Origin: Lama glama
Taxonomy: Eukaryota
Length of the DNA: 64,000 bases
NCBI GenBank assembly: GCA_028534125.1
Contig: CM052817.1
Location: forward strand, 91,514,001 to 91,578,000
Direction of reading: 5' to 3'
Made by a program: the position numbers and the translations under genes. The number at the start of each line of letters is the position of its first letter. Position 1 is the stretch's first letter. The notes under the pieces are model-generated. The model ran no database searches. It was not told where the DNA came from and worked only from the letters and a program-made list of their open reading frames with translations. Positions 1 through 12,620 of this stretch are shown piece by piece.

Positions 1-854
1 GGACAGTGTTTCTCTTTAAAGGAGGGAAAGGCACATAGGTGGTCTATAATTTTTATTTCTTAAAAAACATGTTTGAGTAAATATGGCAAAATGTTAATAT
101 TGGGTATTTTGTTGACTTTGGGTCTATGTGGGATACTTTTATAAAGTTAAATAGATACATACAATTTTTTATTCCCCACTGAGAAAGTGGGACAAAGATA
201 TACTAATTCACTCAGAAAGTAGGAAAACTATCTATAGTGGAAACAAATGCTTCTTTGTTTCCTATACTCTCCCATTAGGTTAAGGGTACTTTTACTGATT
301 TATCAAGAGAGATGAGAAAATCAAAAGTAGGTAGGAGGATTCCCAGAAGGTGTAACATATTTTTTCAGGGGGAAAAGAGGCTCCAGTAATGCCTAAACCA
401 TTATTGTCCTTTGTAATTTCCAAAGTGCTCATACATAGGTATTATTACCCCTCCTTTACAGATGAACATCTCAGAAATGTTACATGACTTTCTGACGGTA
501 CCCAGCTAGTAGCAGAGAGCTGGGTCAAAGAACCCGTGTATGTCTCTTCCTGTGTTGCTTCTACCATTATCAGCTGGGTGTTCAGGTTCACAGAACTGTA
601 GATGTTAGAGCAGGAACTTGAACTGAGGTTTTCATTTAAAGGCAAACTAATACACTATGTTCCTGGATCACATTATTTTGCCTATATTACCAAAATTAAA
701 TGCCTTGTGCTATTTAGAACTGCCTTAGAAGAAAGAATTGTTGAAATTTAAAAATGGATATTTTCCAAACTGTGCATTTTTACACAGTATTTCTTTAGCC
801 CTTTGATATGTACAACATATTTTATGCTGACCCTGCTTTATATTTCAGACTTAC

Positions 855-1014
855 CTTTTTCCCCCAATAATCCCCTGTTGGGCTGGAGTTTGGATTTCCT
901 TTTACAGTGGGGAAGTGGATTTTTAACAGGGTAAAAATAAGTGTCTTAAGATCATTTACTAATTCTGTGAATTAGAAACTACTATCCTTTATCCCTTAAG
1001 TAAAATACAGTGTC
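855..1014 (-). pseudogene. Relic exon (160 nt)
   Basis: Acceptor TTTCTTTTGCAG|GAC, donor AAG|GTAAGT. The 3' half is open (YFYPVKNPLPHCKRKSKLQPNRGLLGEK or an alternative frame); stops in the 5' half. Confidence 0.55.
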
Positions 1015-1167
1015 CTGCAAAAGAAACCACTTCGGTGGATAAGATGACCGTAGTAAAGTGGCCAAGAGCTGTATGTTAGAGCGGTATTGATTATTAGAGA
1101 TTGCCATGCTGTCTTGCTGAAGTATTATAATTAGAAGCCAAGATAATAGGGTCTATTCTGTACTTAC

Positions 1168-1215
1168 CTTTCACCCAACTACTGTGTTATATTGCAGGCC
1201 AAAGAGTGACTCTTC
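1168..1215 (-). pseudogene. Relic exon (48 nt)
   Basis: Near-consensus acceptor TTTTCCCTCCTTTTACTCAG|G and donor AAG|GTAAGTA; EESLFGLQYNTVVG*K. Confidence 0.65.
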
Positions 1216-1329
1216 CTGAGTAAAAGGAGGGAAAACATTACCATTATTGAAAATGATCATAAACTCACAAATTCTAAGGTATATGAGATTTTGCAATTAG
1301 GGAGTCCTTCATAAATTTAGCAAAATCAA

Positions 1330-2900
1330 TTTCCACAGAGTAGTGAACATTGAAGCCAGGGAAGCTGAGCAGTGTATGGGAGGTGAAGACAAACTTCAAG
1401 AGAATTCCACTTTTTTGAAAGGCTTTAAATGAGATGGAAAGGAAAGATGGGAGGGCAGAAGCCACAAGGAAATAAAAGGGTAAAAAGAGATATGATATTT
1501 GAGAGACTTCAGCATGACTGTAATTAGAATGAAGGAACCTATAGAGAAGGAGGGAGAAAATTGATGGAGTCAGATCCCAAAGGAGACAGGAAAGGTGGGC
1601 CTTGAAAAGATACCTTTTCTCAGAAACGAAAAGGAAATAAGAGAATGGTATAAATAAAGTTCTAGCTGTGAGAAGAGAGGTTTATATTAGATGGTCTCAG
1701 TATTTTTTATGAAGAAGAAAGGAAAAGCTCATGTTATTTGTGAAGTAGGAAGGGTTAAAAGATTAGGTTGGGGGGTCCAGAAAAAAATGGAGATGGTTTG
1801 GAACGGACAACTGACTAAAGACAGAAGCATTAATGAACAGTGTTAACCGTCATACTGAGTTTGGAAATCATGAAAATACAGTGGTTTTATGATTATTTCT
1901 AGTACCTCAGATGAATGGCCTATTGGATTGACCCAGAATTGTGAGTTGAGTCATGCATAGAGGAGAAAGACAAGAATGAAGGGAAGAGGGTTGAGGGTGT
2001 TGGTGCCTAGTGCCTGTTAGAATATAGCACTGTTCTAGAATTGCGAGTTGAAGGACAGATACCAGGGAAGGAAAACTATGGTGGGAGGTTGAAAGCACTA
2101 GTGAGAGAATAGATCATATGACAAATTAAGAGATCCAGGCCAGATATGGAAGCAAGTCGGACCAAGAATAGACTGGAAGAAAAGGCAGTATTACAAGAAT
2201 GAAGGTCTTGATGAGACTATGGATCAGAGGTACTATGCATGGAAGGAGAAGGGTACTGAAATCACTCAGAAGTACTCTATAACAAAACAGAGTATGACCC
2301 AGGGAAGGAGGTTGAAGTGGCCCTGGAACTGTGATGTTTGGGTCAGACCATCCACACGAATATTGAAATCTCCTAGGAAATGACAAAATGAATTGAGGTT
2401 TAAAGGAATAACATGATCTAGATGTAATGTTATTGTGGAGAATGATGTGGACATTAATGGATATTGGGGAAAAAGCAAGCTAAAGGGTGCCAAAATGAGA
2501 TGGAATGACTTAAAAGGAATGGAAGTTTTCATAGGAGAGTGAAATGCTCTAGAAGAGGCTTTGGGACAAAAATGGGCAATACCAGTTCTGAGCCTTGTGG
2601 TACATATAGTTTGAGGAAACTGCAGAGGAAGCTGTATCTTTGAGAAAGAGGTTGAGGAAATAGAAGACATATTCATGAAAAAAGCTGAGGGCATAGATGA
2701 ATTTATTTATAGTGGAATTGGTTGCCAAGTGGAACCAGGCTGGAAAAGGCTAAGGGAGGATTTTGTGGGAAAGGTGGGGACGAGCGATCACGAGGGCATG
2801 CTGTCAGGTACATGGCAGTTTGGAGACAAGAAATAAGAGGGATCTGATGGATGGGTGGGAGGCTGCCTTCTGAGCAGTGACCAGGAATGAAAAGGTTGGA
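1330..2900 (-). mobile_element. Ancient L2 LINE fragment including an endonuclease-domain remnant
   Basis: Purine-rich + strand typical of antisense L2. The minus-strand translation contains FLGDFNIRVD (APE GDFN motif). Boundaries approximate. Confidence 0.65.
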
Positions 2901-2977
2901 TGAAACTAGCTTCTCAGCTTTTTGCCCAGTTGTTATGAACAAAACTGTTGAACTGAGGGTCCCAGGCAGTGTTTGAC

Positions 2978-3257
2978 CTTATCTTTGTAGAAGGGTTTAT
3001 AAATCCATGGTGTGGTGATAATTGCTGGATCCTTGCAGGGGCTGCTGTGCAGAATGCTGAGTGTGTTAGTGTTTGGCCAAGTTGCTGCTGGACTGCCTTA
3101 TGGTTTAAACAAGCAGCCATTGATTTGCCACACTCTGACAGGCATGTAGCAGACATGCCAGAAGACATAACCGAAGGACTTTCTCTATAGGACTGCACCC
3201 TCTTTAGTATAAGGATCAGTATCTGTTTTATATAAGATGCAATCCCTATTTTCCCCA
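2978..3257 (-). pseudogene. Relic exon (~280 nt, frameshifted)
   Basis: Acceptor CTTTTTCAAAAG|, weak donor AAG|GTCAAA. Long open stretches: GENRDCILYKTDTDPY... and ...VQQQLGQTLTHSAFCTAA... Confidence 0.45.
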
Positions 3258-4113
3258 CTTTTGAAAAAGGTAGATTTCATTCACCAGTCTTTGGAGGGGG
3301 TATGATATAGTGGGAAAAGCATGGACTCATACAGACTTGGGTCTGAATGCTGGAAGCTTCTCAGGCAGTTTACTTAACTTTTCTGAGTCTTACTACATCA
3401 TGGGTGTAATATAACCTTGTACAAATGCCAAAGACAAAAAAATACTTTAATAAAAATTATCTCATCATTAATTATTTCATAAAAGTCTATTAAAGAGTAT
3501 CTGCCATGCACTGTGCTGGGTTCTGGGGATCCAGTGATGAATATGACATGACCTTTGCCTTAAGACCCTTACAGTTTAGTAGAAGGAGGAACAAAGATAA
3601 ATACATGCAATGACAAGTGAGGGGTGCCTTGATAGGTGCATACATGGAAAACAGTGGGAGCCCAAGGGAGCAACAGTAAGTTCTGCCTGCCTGAGGTGGA
3701 GTGAGAAGGCAGGGAGTATCCTTAGCTGGTCCTTCTCAGTTTTCTCTGCTCATCTTCCTTCCACTCTATGGGCATGTCTGTCTTCATCATTAATTTTTAT
3801 CATTCAGTAATTAGTATCATCATATCTTGCCTAAATTAATCTTTCTTCCATACTGCAATCATCATATTATTTCTAAAACACAAATCTAATCCCTTGGCTT
3901 AGAATCCTTCAAAAGAGCTTCCCACTGCTTCTAGAATAAAATAGATTACAGGCCACTGCAGAATCTCATCTTTCCTTACCTCTTTAACTTCATTATTTCA
4001 TCACTTTTTTCCTCTTACTCAGTGCTTTCATTTTACGATAAACTTCTTCCCACTAGTCTTCCCTAAACCCCCAACTGCTCTTGGTGCTCTTTTGAACTAA
4101 CACAGTGTCTATA

Positions 4114-4598
4114 TGGGGCAGACTTCACAAGCACTGCAGGTTTGGTCCCAGATCACTGCAATAAGGCAAATATCACAATAAAGCAAGTCACACACATTTT
4201 GTTGGTGTCCCAGTGGATATAAAAGTTATGCTTACACTATACTGTAGTCTGTTAAATGTACAATAGCATTATGTCTAAAAAAGCAATGTGTATACGTTTA
4301 AGATACTTTATTGCTAAAATATGCTAATCATCTGAGCCTTCAGCGACTCATAATCTTTTTACAATAGTAATGTTAGAGATCAGTGGTCACAGATCAGCAT
4401 AACAAATATAATAGTAATGAAGTTTGAAATATTGGGAGAATTACCAAAATGTGACACACAGACACAAAATGAGCAAATGCTGTTTGAAAAATGGCATCAA
4501 TAGACTTGCTTGACGCAGGGCTGCCACGAACCTTCAATTGGAAACATAATTTCTGCACAGCACAATAAAGCAAAGCACACTGAAGCCAGGTCTGCTTG
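4114..4598. mobile_element. Non-autonomous Tigger1-derived DNA transposon
   Basis: Matches both ends of the Tigger1 consensus with an internal deletion; flanked by TA. Confidence 0.8.
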
Positions 4599-4739
4599 TA
4601 CTTCTGCTCTCATAGCACCCACTACATTGTATTGAAATACCCAGTTTGTGGCCCTGACTAGACTAATCCCCACAGGGCAGGGATCAAGTTGGTTGGCTGT
4701 TTTATTTATTGTTTTACTTATAGTTTGTGTGTGTGATAC

Positions 4740-4892
4740 CTTGAGCATGAGGTAGTCAGAGGATACACAATCGCCTGCCTGGGTTGAGGCTTGTATTCAT
4801 GGGGACAGCATGAGGCTCACTGTGACAGTCACATGCACACCTTTAGGAAGGAAATTTACTTGGTTTGGGCCTTCTGTATGTTCCTTGAATAG
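4740..4892 (-). pseudogene. Relic exon (153 nt)
   Basis: TTTCTCCTTTATGCAG|CTA ... AAG|GTATCA; phase 0-0 reading LFKEHTEGPNQVNFLPKGVHVTVTVSLMLSP*IQASTQAGDCVSSDYLMLK with a single TGA. Confidence 0.65.
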
Positions 4893-5199
4893 CTGCATAA
4901 AGGAGAAATTGAACACTGTCAGGAATGTTTCAACAATATACCCAGTATTCAACAACTACATGGCGATGCCATCTCTACAGTTTATGTCGAAATGAAGAAG
5001 GTGATTAAAATTAAATTTTTTCTGTCAGTGAATAGTCTGTTTTTACATTATTACATGAGGTAGTAACAGGACTATTTATTCCATTATCTGCTTGTATTCT
5101 GAATTTAAGTATTCCCTAGTATTCCCTAATAAAGCTGAGCAGTTTCAATCTATAGAAATAAGATATTGTAGACCATTCTACCTTATGCAAGGTACTTAC

Positions 5200-5268
5200 T
5201 CATTTAACTATAATAGTTTATAACTAGTCATATAAGTGCTTTTGTCTTTTTTGCCATGATTATCTTAT
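5200..5268 (-). pseudogene. Relic exon (69 nt)
   Basis: Acceptor ...TTTCTGGACCAG|, donor GA|GTAAGTA; length is a multiple of 3; several stops. Confidence 0.45.
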
Positions 5269-5329
5269 CTGGTCCAGAAATTAAAACACACACACACTGA
5301 TCTTATTTAAATATTACATAATCTTTTAC

Positions 5330-5797
5330 TCAGATGTGACATAAAATAGTATAAAAGATGAAGTTGATGGTCCTCAAAGGGAAGTGTTATGTTTTAAAAA
5401 CAGTTTTATTGAGGTATAATTTACATACAGTAAACAGTAAAGTCATATTTAAAATGTACAACTGATACATGTACACGGCCATGAAATCATCACCACAAAG
5501 TAGTGAACAAACCCATCACTCCAGAAAGTTTTCTCATGCCCTTCTGTAATCCTTCCCTCCTACCCTGCCCAGCCCCAATCTCGGCTTCCTGTATCTATAG
5601 ATTAGTTTGCAGTTTCTAGAGTTTGATATAAAAGAGATCATCACACAGTATTTACTTTTTTTAATCTGGTTTCTTTTACTCAGCATAATGATGTTGAGAA
5701 TCCTCTGTGTTGCTTCATGTGTCAATGGTTAATTCCTTTTTAATGTTGCTGATATTCCCCTGGAGATGCTTTAGAAAAAACAATTTTGAGCTTTCTC
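5330..5797 (-). pseudogene. Relic exon split by an old L1 3' fragment (5394-5742)
   Basis: Acceptor TTTCTTCTCCTAACAG|G. Removing the L1 (ATGTT at both 5389-5393 and 5743-5747) gives the open reading GESSKLFFLKHLQGNISNITLPFEDHQLHLLYYFMSHL. Confidence 0.5.
5394..5742 (-). mobile_element. Old L1M (L1MB/MC-type) 3' end fragment
   Basis: Characteristic antisense L1 3' end: TTTATTGAGGTATAATTTACATACAGTAAA... Confidence 0.75.
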
Positions 5798-5916
5798 CTG
5801 TTAGGAGAAGAAACTATCATGAAATATTGAGACTTTTGTCTTTCAAACATGTAAATGAAACTTTCTGACAAAAATAGGCTTATATTAATCTATATTAATA
5901 TTGAATCCTGTGTGCC

Positions 5917-6005
5917 CTTTCATCATTGCTCATGAACATTTCAGGGTTAGCTTTACTAATTGTGTGGTCACGAGGGCCACACTGGCAGCTTGTTGAAAAT
6001 ACTAC
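5917..6005 (-). pseudogene. Relic exon (~89 nt, donor decayed)
   Basis: Acceptor CTTTCTTTTGTCTTTGAAAG|G; phase 2 start reads *YFQQAASVALVTTQLVKLTLKCS*AMMK. Confidence 0.45.
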
Positions 6006-6694
6006 CTTTCAAAGACAAAAGAAAGGGCCACTTTCATTGTTGTACAGTGTCTTTCCCAAGTGGAGCATCAGCACATCATAATTAAAAAACTGGAAACATT
6101 GTAAATCAACCACACTTCAATAAAATATAAAATTGAAAAAAAAAAACCCTGGAAATCTGCTTTCCATTAATCTATGAACCGACAAGTCAACCACTGGGTT
6201 GTTCACAGCTCTGCAAACATTCCCAGTGCTTTCCCATGCCAAGCCTTTTTTCATACTTCTCACTCTTGCTGAAATGTCTTTCCTCTATTACCAGCTGAGC
6301 AAATTCTGCGCATTCTTTAAGGTTTTCAGCTGAGTAGAATTTCTTCCTTCTCTGATCTTTCATAGCACCTTCCATCTTTCTTTTAGTCATCTTTACATGT
6401 AGTGTTATCTTAAACTTTTTTGAGTATCTTATTTTTAATACTACTGTAAGCTCTTTAAGGGCAAAAATCATGTTTATTCATCTTTAAGTCTCCCAAAGTA
6501 TATTCTAAATGCCTTGTACATAGATGGTACTCAATAAATTATTACATGAGTGAATCAATCTACCAATAAGCAGGAAAGTCTTAAGTAGTTCCATTATTAG
6601 CTTATTTGAGAACAGTGCTAAGATTCCAAAGGGAGCATCCACTGAACACTTAAATATATTTGGAGCTATGTGAGCTTTATACTAAACCCCTTAC

Positions 6695-6798
6695 CGACAT
6701 TAAAAATAGAGAACTGTTGCCATGATACTATGTTCTACCACGTTCCAGGCTTGTGGTCTAAGCGTTTAGAATGGGCCCTTTTAATATGGCAGAGACAT
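6695..6798 (-). pseudogene. Relic exon (104 nt, acceptor AG mutated to GG)
   Basis: Polypyrimidine tract TTTCTTTTTTCATCTTGG|, donor CG|GTAAGG; MSLPY*KGPF*TLRPQAWNVVEHSIMATVLYF*CR; phase 0 to 2 fits both neighbours. Confidence 0.55.
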
Positions 6799-7346
6799 CC
6801 AAGATGAAAAAAGAAATTCATCCCACATAAAATGAATCTTTATAGTTGCACACAACCCCTGACATTATTGGCAACAAGCACAGTCTAGCTTCATCTTTGC
6901 AATCTGATTTCCCACAACTCCCCTAGCTAAAACTCCCTTCCAGCCAAACTGAGTCACACACCAACCTTTAAGATTGAAGCATTTGCTCATCCCATTCTTC
7001 CAGCATAGAATTCACCATGCAATTCCTACTCCTTTCCAAAGCACAGCATATTTCTTACTTTCTCTGTGAAGCATCCCTTACCACTTTAACCCACAGTGAT
7101 GCTCTCCTAAAAAATCAGCTTTACTGTCCTTTCTACTCACATCAGAACATCTGATGTTTATGTCATTCAAATTGTTATTTAGTTCTTGATTACTTGATAT
7201 TTTAATTTATAGAGATCTTTTCTCCCAAACTGGAATGGGACCTGGGACCATGTATTTTAGTTTCTCACATCCCATTCTACCCCAACCATGAAGCCTTGCA
7301 CAAAGGAAATCCTCACTGAGTATTAAGTGAATGAATTTTATCTCAC

Positions 7347-7427
7347 CTGGAAATGTGTTATGAAGACATTATATATACCGTTAATTAATAAAGCAAAAGT
7401 TGAATAATTTGCATCATCAAAATCAAC
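7347..7427 (-). pseudogene. Relic exon (81 nt, fully open)
   Basis: TCTTTTACAG|GTT ... CAG|GTGAGA; VDFDDANYSTFALLINGIYNVFITHFQ, phase 0-0, no stop. Confidence 0.7.
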
Positions 7428-7702
7428 CTGTAAAAGACACAGACCAAAAAAAAATTTTTTTCCATATAACCTGTAGCAGTTATGCATTTGCATATGACCA
7501 GCTAGTGGATTGCTTAAGTAATGGTAGATTAACGGTAGACAGCAGGGTTGGGCCTGAAATGCAGCTACTTAGGTTGAGGAACTGTGTTTGAAAAGTTTAT
7601 CCACTGGTAATAAAGCTCTGGGTGATCAGTTTACACAAACTGCTAAATAAATTAGACTGCTAGCTTAAATGTATTAACTTAGCATGAGAAAGGTCGTCAT
7701 AC

Positions 7703-7858
7703 AAGATGACCAATCCACTTTAAACAAGTCATAGGTTAAAAGATGGCTCAATGAGCCAGAAGAAGAAACCAGAAAGTGCTCAAAAGAGATAACTGGTCAT
7801 TTCAGTTTGCATTCTGGGCTAGAAGAACCTTACTGATAGAGCTTAACAGCTGTGAAGT
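7703..7858 (-). pseudogene. Relic exon (~156 nt)
   Basis: Acceptor ...CATGTTAG|AC, candidate donor T|GTATGA; DFTAVKLYQ*GSSSPECKLK*PVISFEHFLVSSSGSLSHLLTYDLFKVDWSS. Confidence 0.5.
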
Positions 7859-8012
7859 CTAACATGTGAGGTTAGAAATTACATAAATTAGAAAAATGTA
7901 ATGCTTTTTAGCATTCGCTAAAAAGCCAAACATATGGGCCATTAGAAAATAAGTCAGTAGTTTTAAGTACTGCTCTAGATCAGGCGTTTAACTGATAAGA
8001 CCCCATTCCTAC

Positions 8013-8229
8013 CAGTAGTAGTTGTATGCTGTGGGCCATGGATCATACGGCCTAGAGAAACCCAGTGTTTGCTAAGGAGCAGTATCACCAGCATACGTGG
8101 GGTTTCTGTATTCTCCAGGGTACAAGTATCACTTGTTTTGTTGTTTTTTCATTTTGAACATGGTAGTTGTGAGAGAAATTCAGAGGCCAATTGGTTAGGT
8201 CCAGTGAAATTTTTAAGCTACTCATGGAT
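8013..8229 (-). pseudogene. Relic exon (217 nt)
   Basis: TTTTGGAAAG|ATC ... CTG|GTAGGA; phase 0 to 1: IHE*LKNFTGPNQLASEFLSQLPCSK*KNNK... Confidence 0.5.
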
Positions 8230-8345
8230 CTTTCCAAAATAAAATCTTTATTTTTGTTTTCAAATCCTTTTTAGACAACCCTCATTTTTCTGTTATGTAA
8301 TAGGCAATACTTAAAAATGGTCAAATTTGATAACTGAGTTAAAAC

Positions 8346-8570
8346 CTCAAGGGCCTAAAGTATTATATGACAGGCTTCTGAAAGATGAATCCAGTCGGAT
8401 TACAGAACTGCTCAAAATTGTATTTTAAGGAACTGTAAGGACAGGAGAGATTCAACAAAGTCCTTAAGGATGAGCTGACTCTCCAGACAGTTCTGAGAGT
8501 CCTTCTGAAGTTGATATTATAAGTTTTTAGTGGCCTCAATAGATCTCCAGCAGTTCTCAGGTAGCCATCT
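8346..8570 (-). pseudogene. Relic exon; 5' end abuts a MaLR LTR
   Basis: WLPENCWRSIEATKNL*YQLQKDSQNCLESQLILKDFVESLLSLQFLKIQF*AVL*SDWIHLSEACHIIL*ALE|GTTTTA; phase 0 joins the next exon. Confidence 0.5.
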
Positions 8571-8574
8571 ATTG

Positions 8575-9042
8575 TTTTGTGTGTCCGCTAAGCTCTCCTT
8601 GTGGGAAAACTGTTCCTTCCCTGACTCTGTCATCTAGTTCTAATGGAGGCTACAACTCAAATACCTTCTAAGTTATAAGTGATTGCTCCATGAGGGAACA
8701 TCTGACCTAAGCTAGATCAGAGCCCTTCTTTGGGATTTTCTGGACTAGAATAAGAGGAAAAAGTCAGTAACTTTCTAGGGATGGAACCCACAGGATATGA
8801 TGCTTAAGCCTATTTCTCGGCATGTGGAGAAAACCAATACACTGAGAGAAGCAGAAAAGACAGTGGGAGTGATTCCCAGCAGCCGGAGTCTAGTTCCAGC
8901 TCTCCTGGAGCCCCAGCTGCACTCTTGCCCTTCCTGTGGTTTGATTACGTGAGCTGCTCTGCTAGCTGCATTAAACTCTTCTTTTCTCTAAATTATTTTG
9001 AATTGATTTGTTACAACCAACCAAAGAGTTCTAGCCAAGACA
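8575..9042 (+). mobile_element. Old MaLR (MLT1-type) solo LTR
   Basis: 3' end ...ATTAAACTC...TTACAACCAACCAAAGAGTTCTAGCCAAGACA; boundaries approximate. Confidence 0.55.
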
Positions 9043-9769
9043 AGTACTCAGAAGCCTGGTTACAGGGATGGAAAGTAACTGATTATGTTGCTCCCAAGCT
9101 GGATTTGAGCCATGTAAACAAGGGAACAAGGGAGTAAGGATGTTTGTAAAAAGCTGGATCATGAAAAGCTGGACCATGCATCTAGGCTGATCAAGAAGAA
9201 GTGTCAGAAGGGAACTTCCAGCAAGAAAACTGAGGAGCTAAAGGAATGGAAGATGTTGAAATTTAGGATTTAAGTGGTAGAGCAGTTCCTGGTGACAAAC
9301 TTAGGTACAGTTGCATAACAGACCAAGTGTAGTGTGTTAAAGGTCATCAGATTGAGGGTTCAAGGAAAGATAAGACTGGGCTGTCCAAATGAAATTATCC
9401 CAGATGCTGGTGGGACTCACAGGGAGACAAGGATCATAAACTAGAGAAATGAATAACTAGAAACTTAGTAGATGACAGTAGGCAGCAGGAGTAGAGAGGT
9501 AGATGGTTGAAAAATATTAGCCCAAAAGGAGAGGCTTCTCCATGAGAGTGAGACAGGTTAACAACCTCCACCCAAAATGGCAGTAGAAAGAGTAGCTTCC
9601 TAAAGGGAAAGCAGGTTTCTGTTTAAAGCCAGGAAGTGGAAGGAATATTTTGTTATAAGGAGGGAGAATATAGATGAGTTTGTTTGGAATAGGCAGGAGT
9701 TCCAGAGGACACAAGGGAAAGGACAGAGCAGGAAGAAGATTACAGAGGAATGGGAGCACATAGCTGCCT

Positions 9770-9903
9770 CGAGAGCCTTCTATTTGACCAAGTGCTGAGT
9801 GTGATAGGGACGTGAGGATTAACTGGCCTCCTGGTCTCAGGAAATTCCTATGTAAAGACGTTTCAGAACTGGCCCAAGCAAAGGCCTAGGAGGCATCAGA
9901 ATT
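9770..9903 (-). pseudogene. Relic exon start
   Basis: Acceptor CTGCTGTCCCCTTCTTCAG|; ILMPPRPLLGPVLKRL, then (shifted) HRNFLR..QEAS; 3' end unclear. Confidence 0.35.
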
Positions 9904-10138
9904 CTGAAGAAGGGGACAGCAGGCAAGTAGGAGTGCATTTTTTCCTACCCTATGTCAATACAGACATAAGCTACTAGCAGCCTGTATTCAAGGTTCTTTC
10001 ACTTACTCAAATATGCTAAATGAGTATCTCTTCATGTGCCAGGCACTGTGCCAGATTCTGGGGATGGGGTTACAATGACAAGAGACAGGAACAGCCTCTT
10101 TCCACAAGAAACATAAAATACAGTGTGAGCTATAGGCC

Positions 10139-10490
10139 TGTTGGATGGTCTGAGTATGTGTGTTCCCCCCAAATTCGTATGTTAAAATCCTAAGATAATG
10201 GTACGAGAAGTGGGACATTTGAGGGGTGATTAGGTTATGAGTGAGGGGAGAGCACTAATGGATGGGATTGGTGCCCTTACAAAAGAGGTCCCAGGGAGAG
10301 CTGGCTTACCCCTCCCACCATGTGAGGGGACAGTGGGAAGTCTGCAATCTTTAAGAGGGCTCTCCCCTGACCAGGCTGGCACACTAATATCAGACTTTCA
10401 GCCTCCAGAATTGTTAGAAATAAAATTCTGTTATTTGTAAGTTACCCACTTTGTGGTGTTTTGTTATAGCAGCCCAAACAGACTAAGACA
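10139..10490 (+). mobile_element. MLT1A/B-type MaLR solo LTR inserted in L2
   Basis: TG...GGTCTGAGTATGTGTGTTCCCCCCAAATTC to TGTTATAGCAGCCCAAACAGACTAAGACA. Confidence 0.8.
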
Positions 10491-11160
10491 CCAGTAAATA
10501 GACGATTACAACATTTTATATTATGATAGAGGAAGCACAGGGTGTAATGGGAATAAGGGCAGTAGGGGTGGGACACAACCCAGATTTAGGAAGATCAAGG
10601 ACTGCTTCATGGAGGAAGTGCTGAATAATCTGAGACCTAAATTTAGTGTAGGTGTGAATTATCCAAATGAGGAGAGGGGACAAAGAGCAAAGAGAAAGTA
10701 AGTGTTTTAGGCAGAGAACAGCATGTGCAAAGTCTGAAAGGCAGAGACATTGAAAGAAGCCTGTTTCCTGTCTTACAGGGTGGTTGTGAGATTTAGCCTT
10801 TAGAATGGTATCTGGCACAGAGTAAGTATCCCATAAATAACATAAATTATTTCTGTGTTTGGAGCATAGAATAAAGGGTGAGAGTGAAAAGAGGTGGGAA
10901 GTAAGGCTATACAAGTAAGCAGAAGCCAAACTGTAAGTTGTTCAGACCAGGCATTTAGACTTAATCCAGCAGGCACTGGCAAGCCACTCACAGATTATAA
11001 ACAGTGGAGTAACTTTCATGCATTTTAGAAAGATTGGCTGAGGCTAGCAGCAGAGAGAAATGTCAGAGGACTGCTGTAATCATTGTCTGAACATTGTCCC
11101 CATTTGGGGACAATCATGATGGAGAAACATGGATGGATTTCAAGATGTTTAGAAGGTAGA

Positions 11161-11465
11161 TGTGTTAGTTTCCTAGGACTACCGTAACAAATTACTACAG
11201 ACTTGGGGAATAAAACAACAGAAATGTATTTGCTCATAGTTTTGGAGGCCAGAAGTCTGAAATCAGGGTGTCAGCAAGTTGGCAATCCTTGCTGTTCCTT
11301 GGCCTGTAGCAGCACAATTCCAGTAACTCCCTCCATCTTAACAGGGGTCTTTATATGACCTTCTTCCCTGGGCCTGTGTCTCAAATCTCCCTCTCCTTCC
11401 TCATATAAGGACATCAGTCATTAGATTTAGGGCCTGTCTGAAATCCAGGATGATCTCATCTCGAG
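11161..11465 (-). mobile_element. MLT1 MaLR LTR fragment
   Basis: TGTGTTAGTTTCCTAGGACTACCGTAACAAATTACTACAGACTT start typical of antisense MLT1. Confidence 0.7.
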
Positions 11466-11789
11466 AAGCTGGGCTGTGAAGAGCGGGAGAGAGGCTGGCA
11501 GGTGATAGGAGATGCAGACAGAGAATCTTCTCTCTCTCTCTCTTATTTTTTATTTAAAATTTTTTTTTTATTTTTCCTTAAGATGGGAGAGACTTGTGCC
11601 TGCTAGAAAGAAAATTGTGTAGCTAGGAAAGTTGAATGTGAAGGCTAAGTCAAAATCATTGAGGAGGCAGGACATAGGTGAGAAATTAACTTCAGACAGG
11701 AAGGAAAACACCTCAAAGGAAGGAGAAGGGAAAGGATAGCTGTAGAAGGAAGTAAGTTTGCTGATTTGATAGCAGGAAGTGAGAAGTTT

Positions 11790-12620
11790 TTTCATTTATT
11801 CATTCAACAAATATTTCTGAATACCTGGCACATGGCAGGCACTGTTCTAGATGCTTGTGATACAAAGAGAACAAAACAAAGTCTCCATCTTCACAGAACT
11901 TACATTTCAGGTGGGAAGACAGAGAAATACATATGTATGTATTTTACAATGCCAAGGTAGGATAAATGCTATGAGAAAAAATAAAGAAGCTGAAGGAGAG
12001 AGTCTTGGAAGGGTATCTTTAAATAGGGTGCCTAGATTCAGTCTCTCTGAGGTGGGAAATGAAAAAGCAAGGCATTACAGATCTAGGAGGAACATGGCAG
12101 GCAGAGGGAACAACAGATAATCAGGCCTTGAGGCAGGAGTATGCTTGGCAGCAGCAAAGAATAATAGTGAGGAGGCCCCCTGAAACTAATACAGGTTTGT
12201 AAATCAGTTATGCTTCAGGTAAAAGACAAAAAGGGGGCCAGTGCAGCTGGAGCAGAGTACGGTAGGAAGAGAGGTATGAGAATGGTGGGGGGTTCAAGTC
12301 GCAGAGGTCTAGTGGGCTTTGCTGAAGACTTCAGGTTTTTAGGATAGGAGTGGTGGGGAGCGCTTGGAAGGTTTGAGCAGAGAAGTGACATGGTATAATT
12401 TGTGAACAAATAATTTGGCTGCATGTGCTGAGTAGACGGTGAGGAGCAAGAATGGAAGCAGGGAGTCCAGTTAGGAAGTTACCAGTCAGATGAGCGATGA
12501 TGATGGCTTGGACTTGCATGGTTACTGTGGAGGGGTAGGAAATAGTTGAATTGGGGATCTATTCTGAAAGTGAAGCCCACAGGACTTATTAATAGGCTGA
12601 AAATGAGATGTGAAAAAAAG
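11790..12620 (-). mobile_element. L2 3' portion
   Basis: TTCATTTATTCATTCAACAAATATTT...GGCACTGTTCTAG antisense L2 tail followed by purine-rich L2 body. Confidence 0.75.

Noticed and set aside
7471..7640. Possible relic exon (LCKLITQSF...SWSYANA*LLQ)
   Set aside because: It would need a ~43-nt intron and its phase does not fit the upstream exon; left unlisted, though it may be part of the fossil gene.
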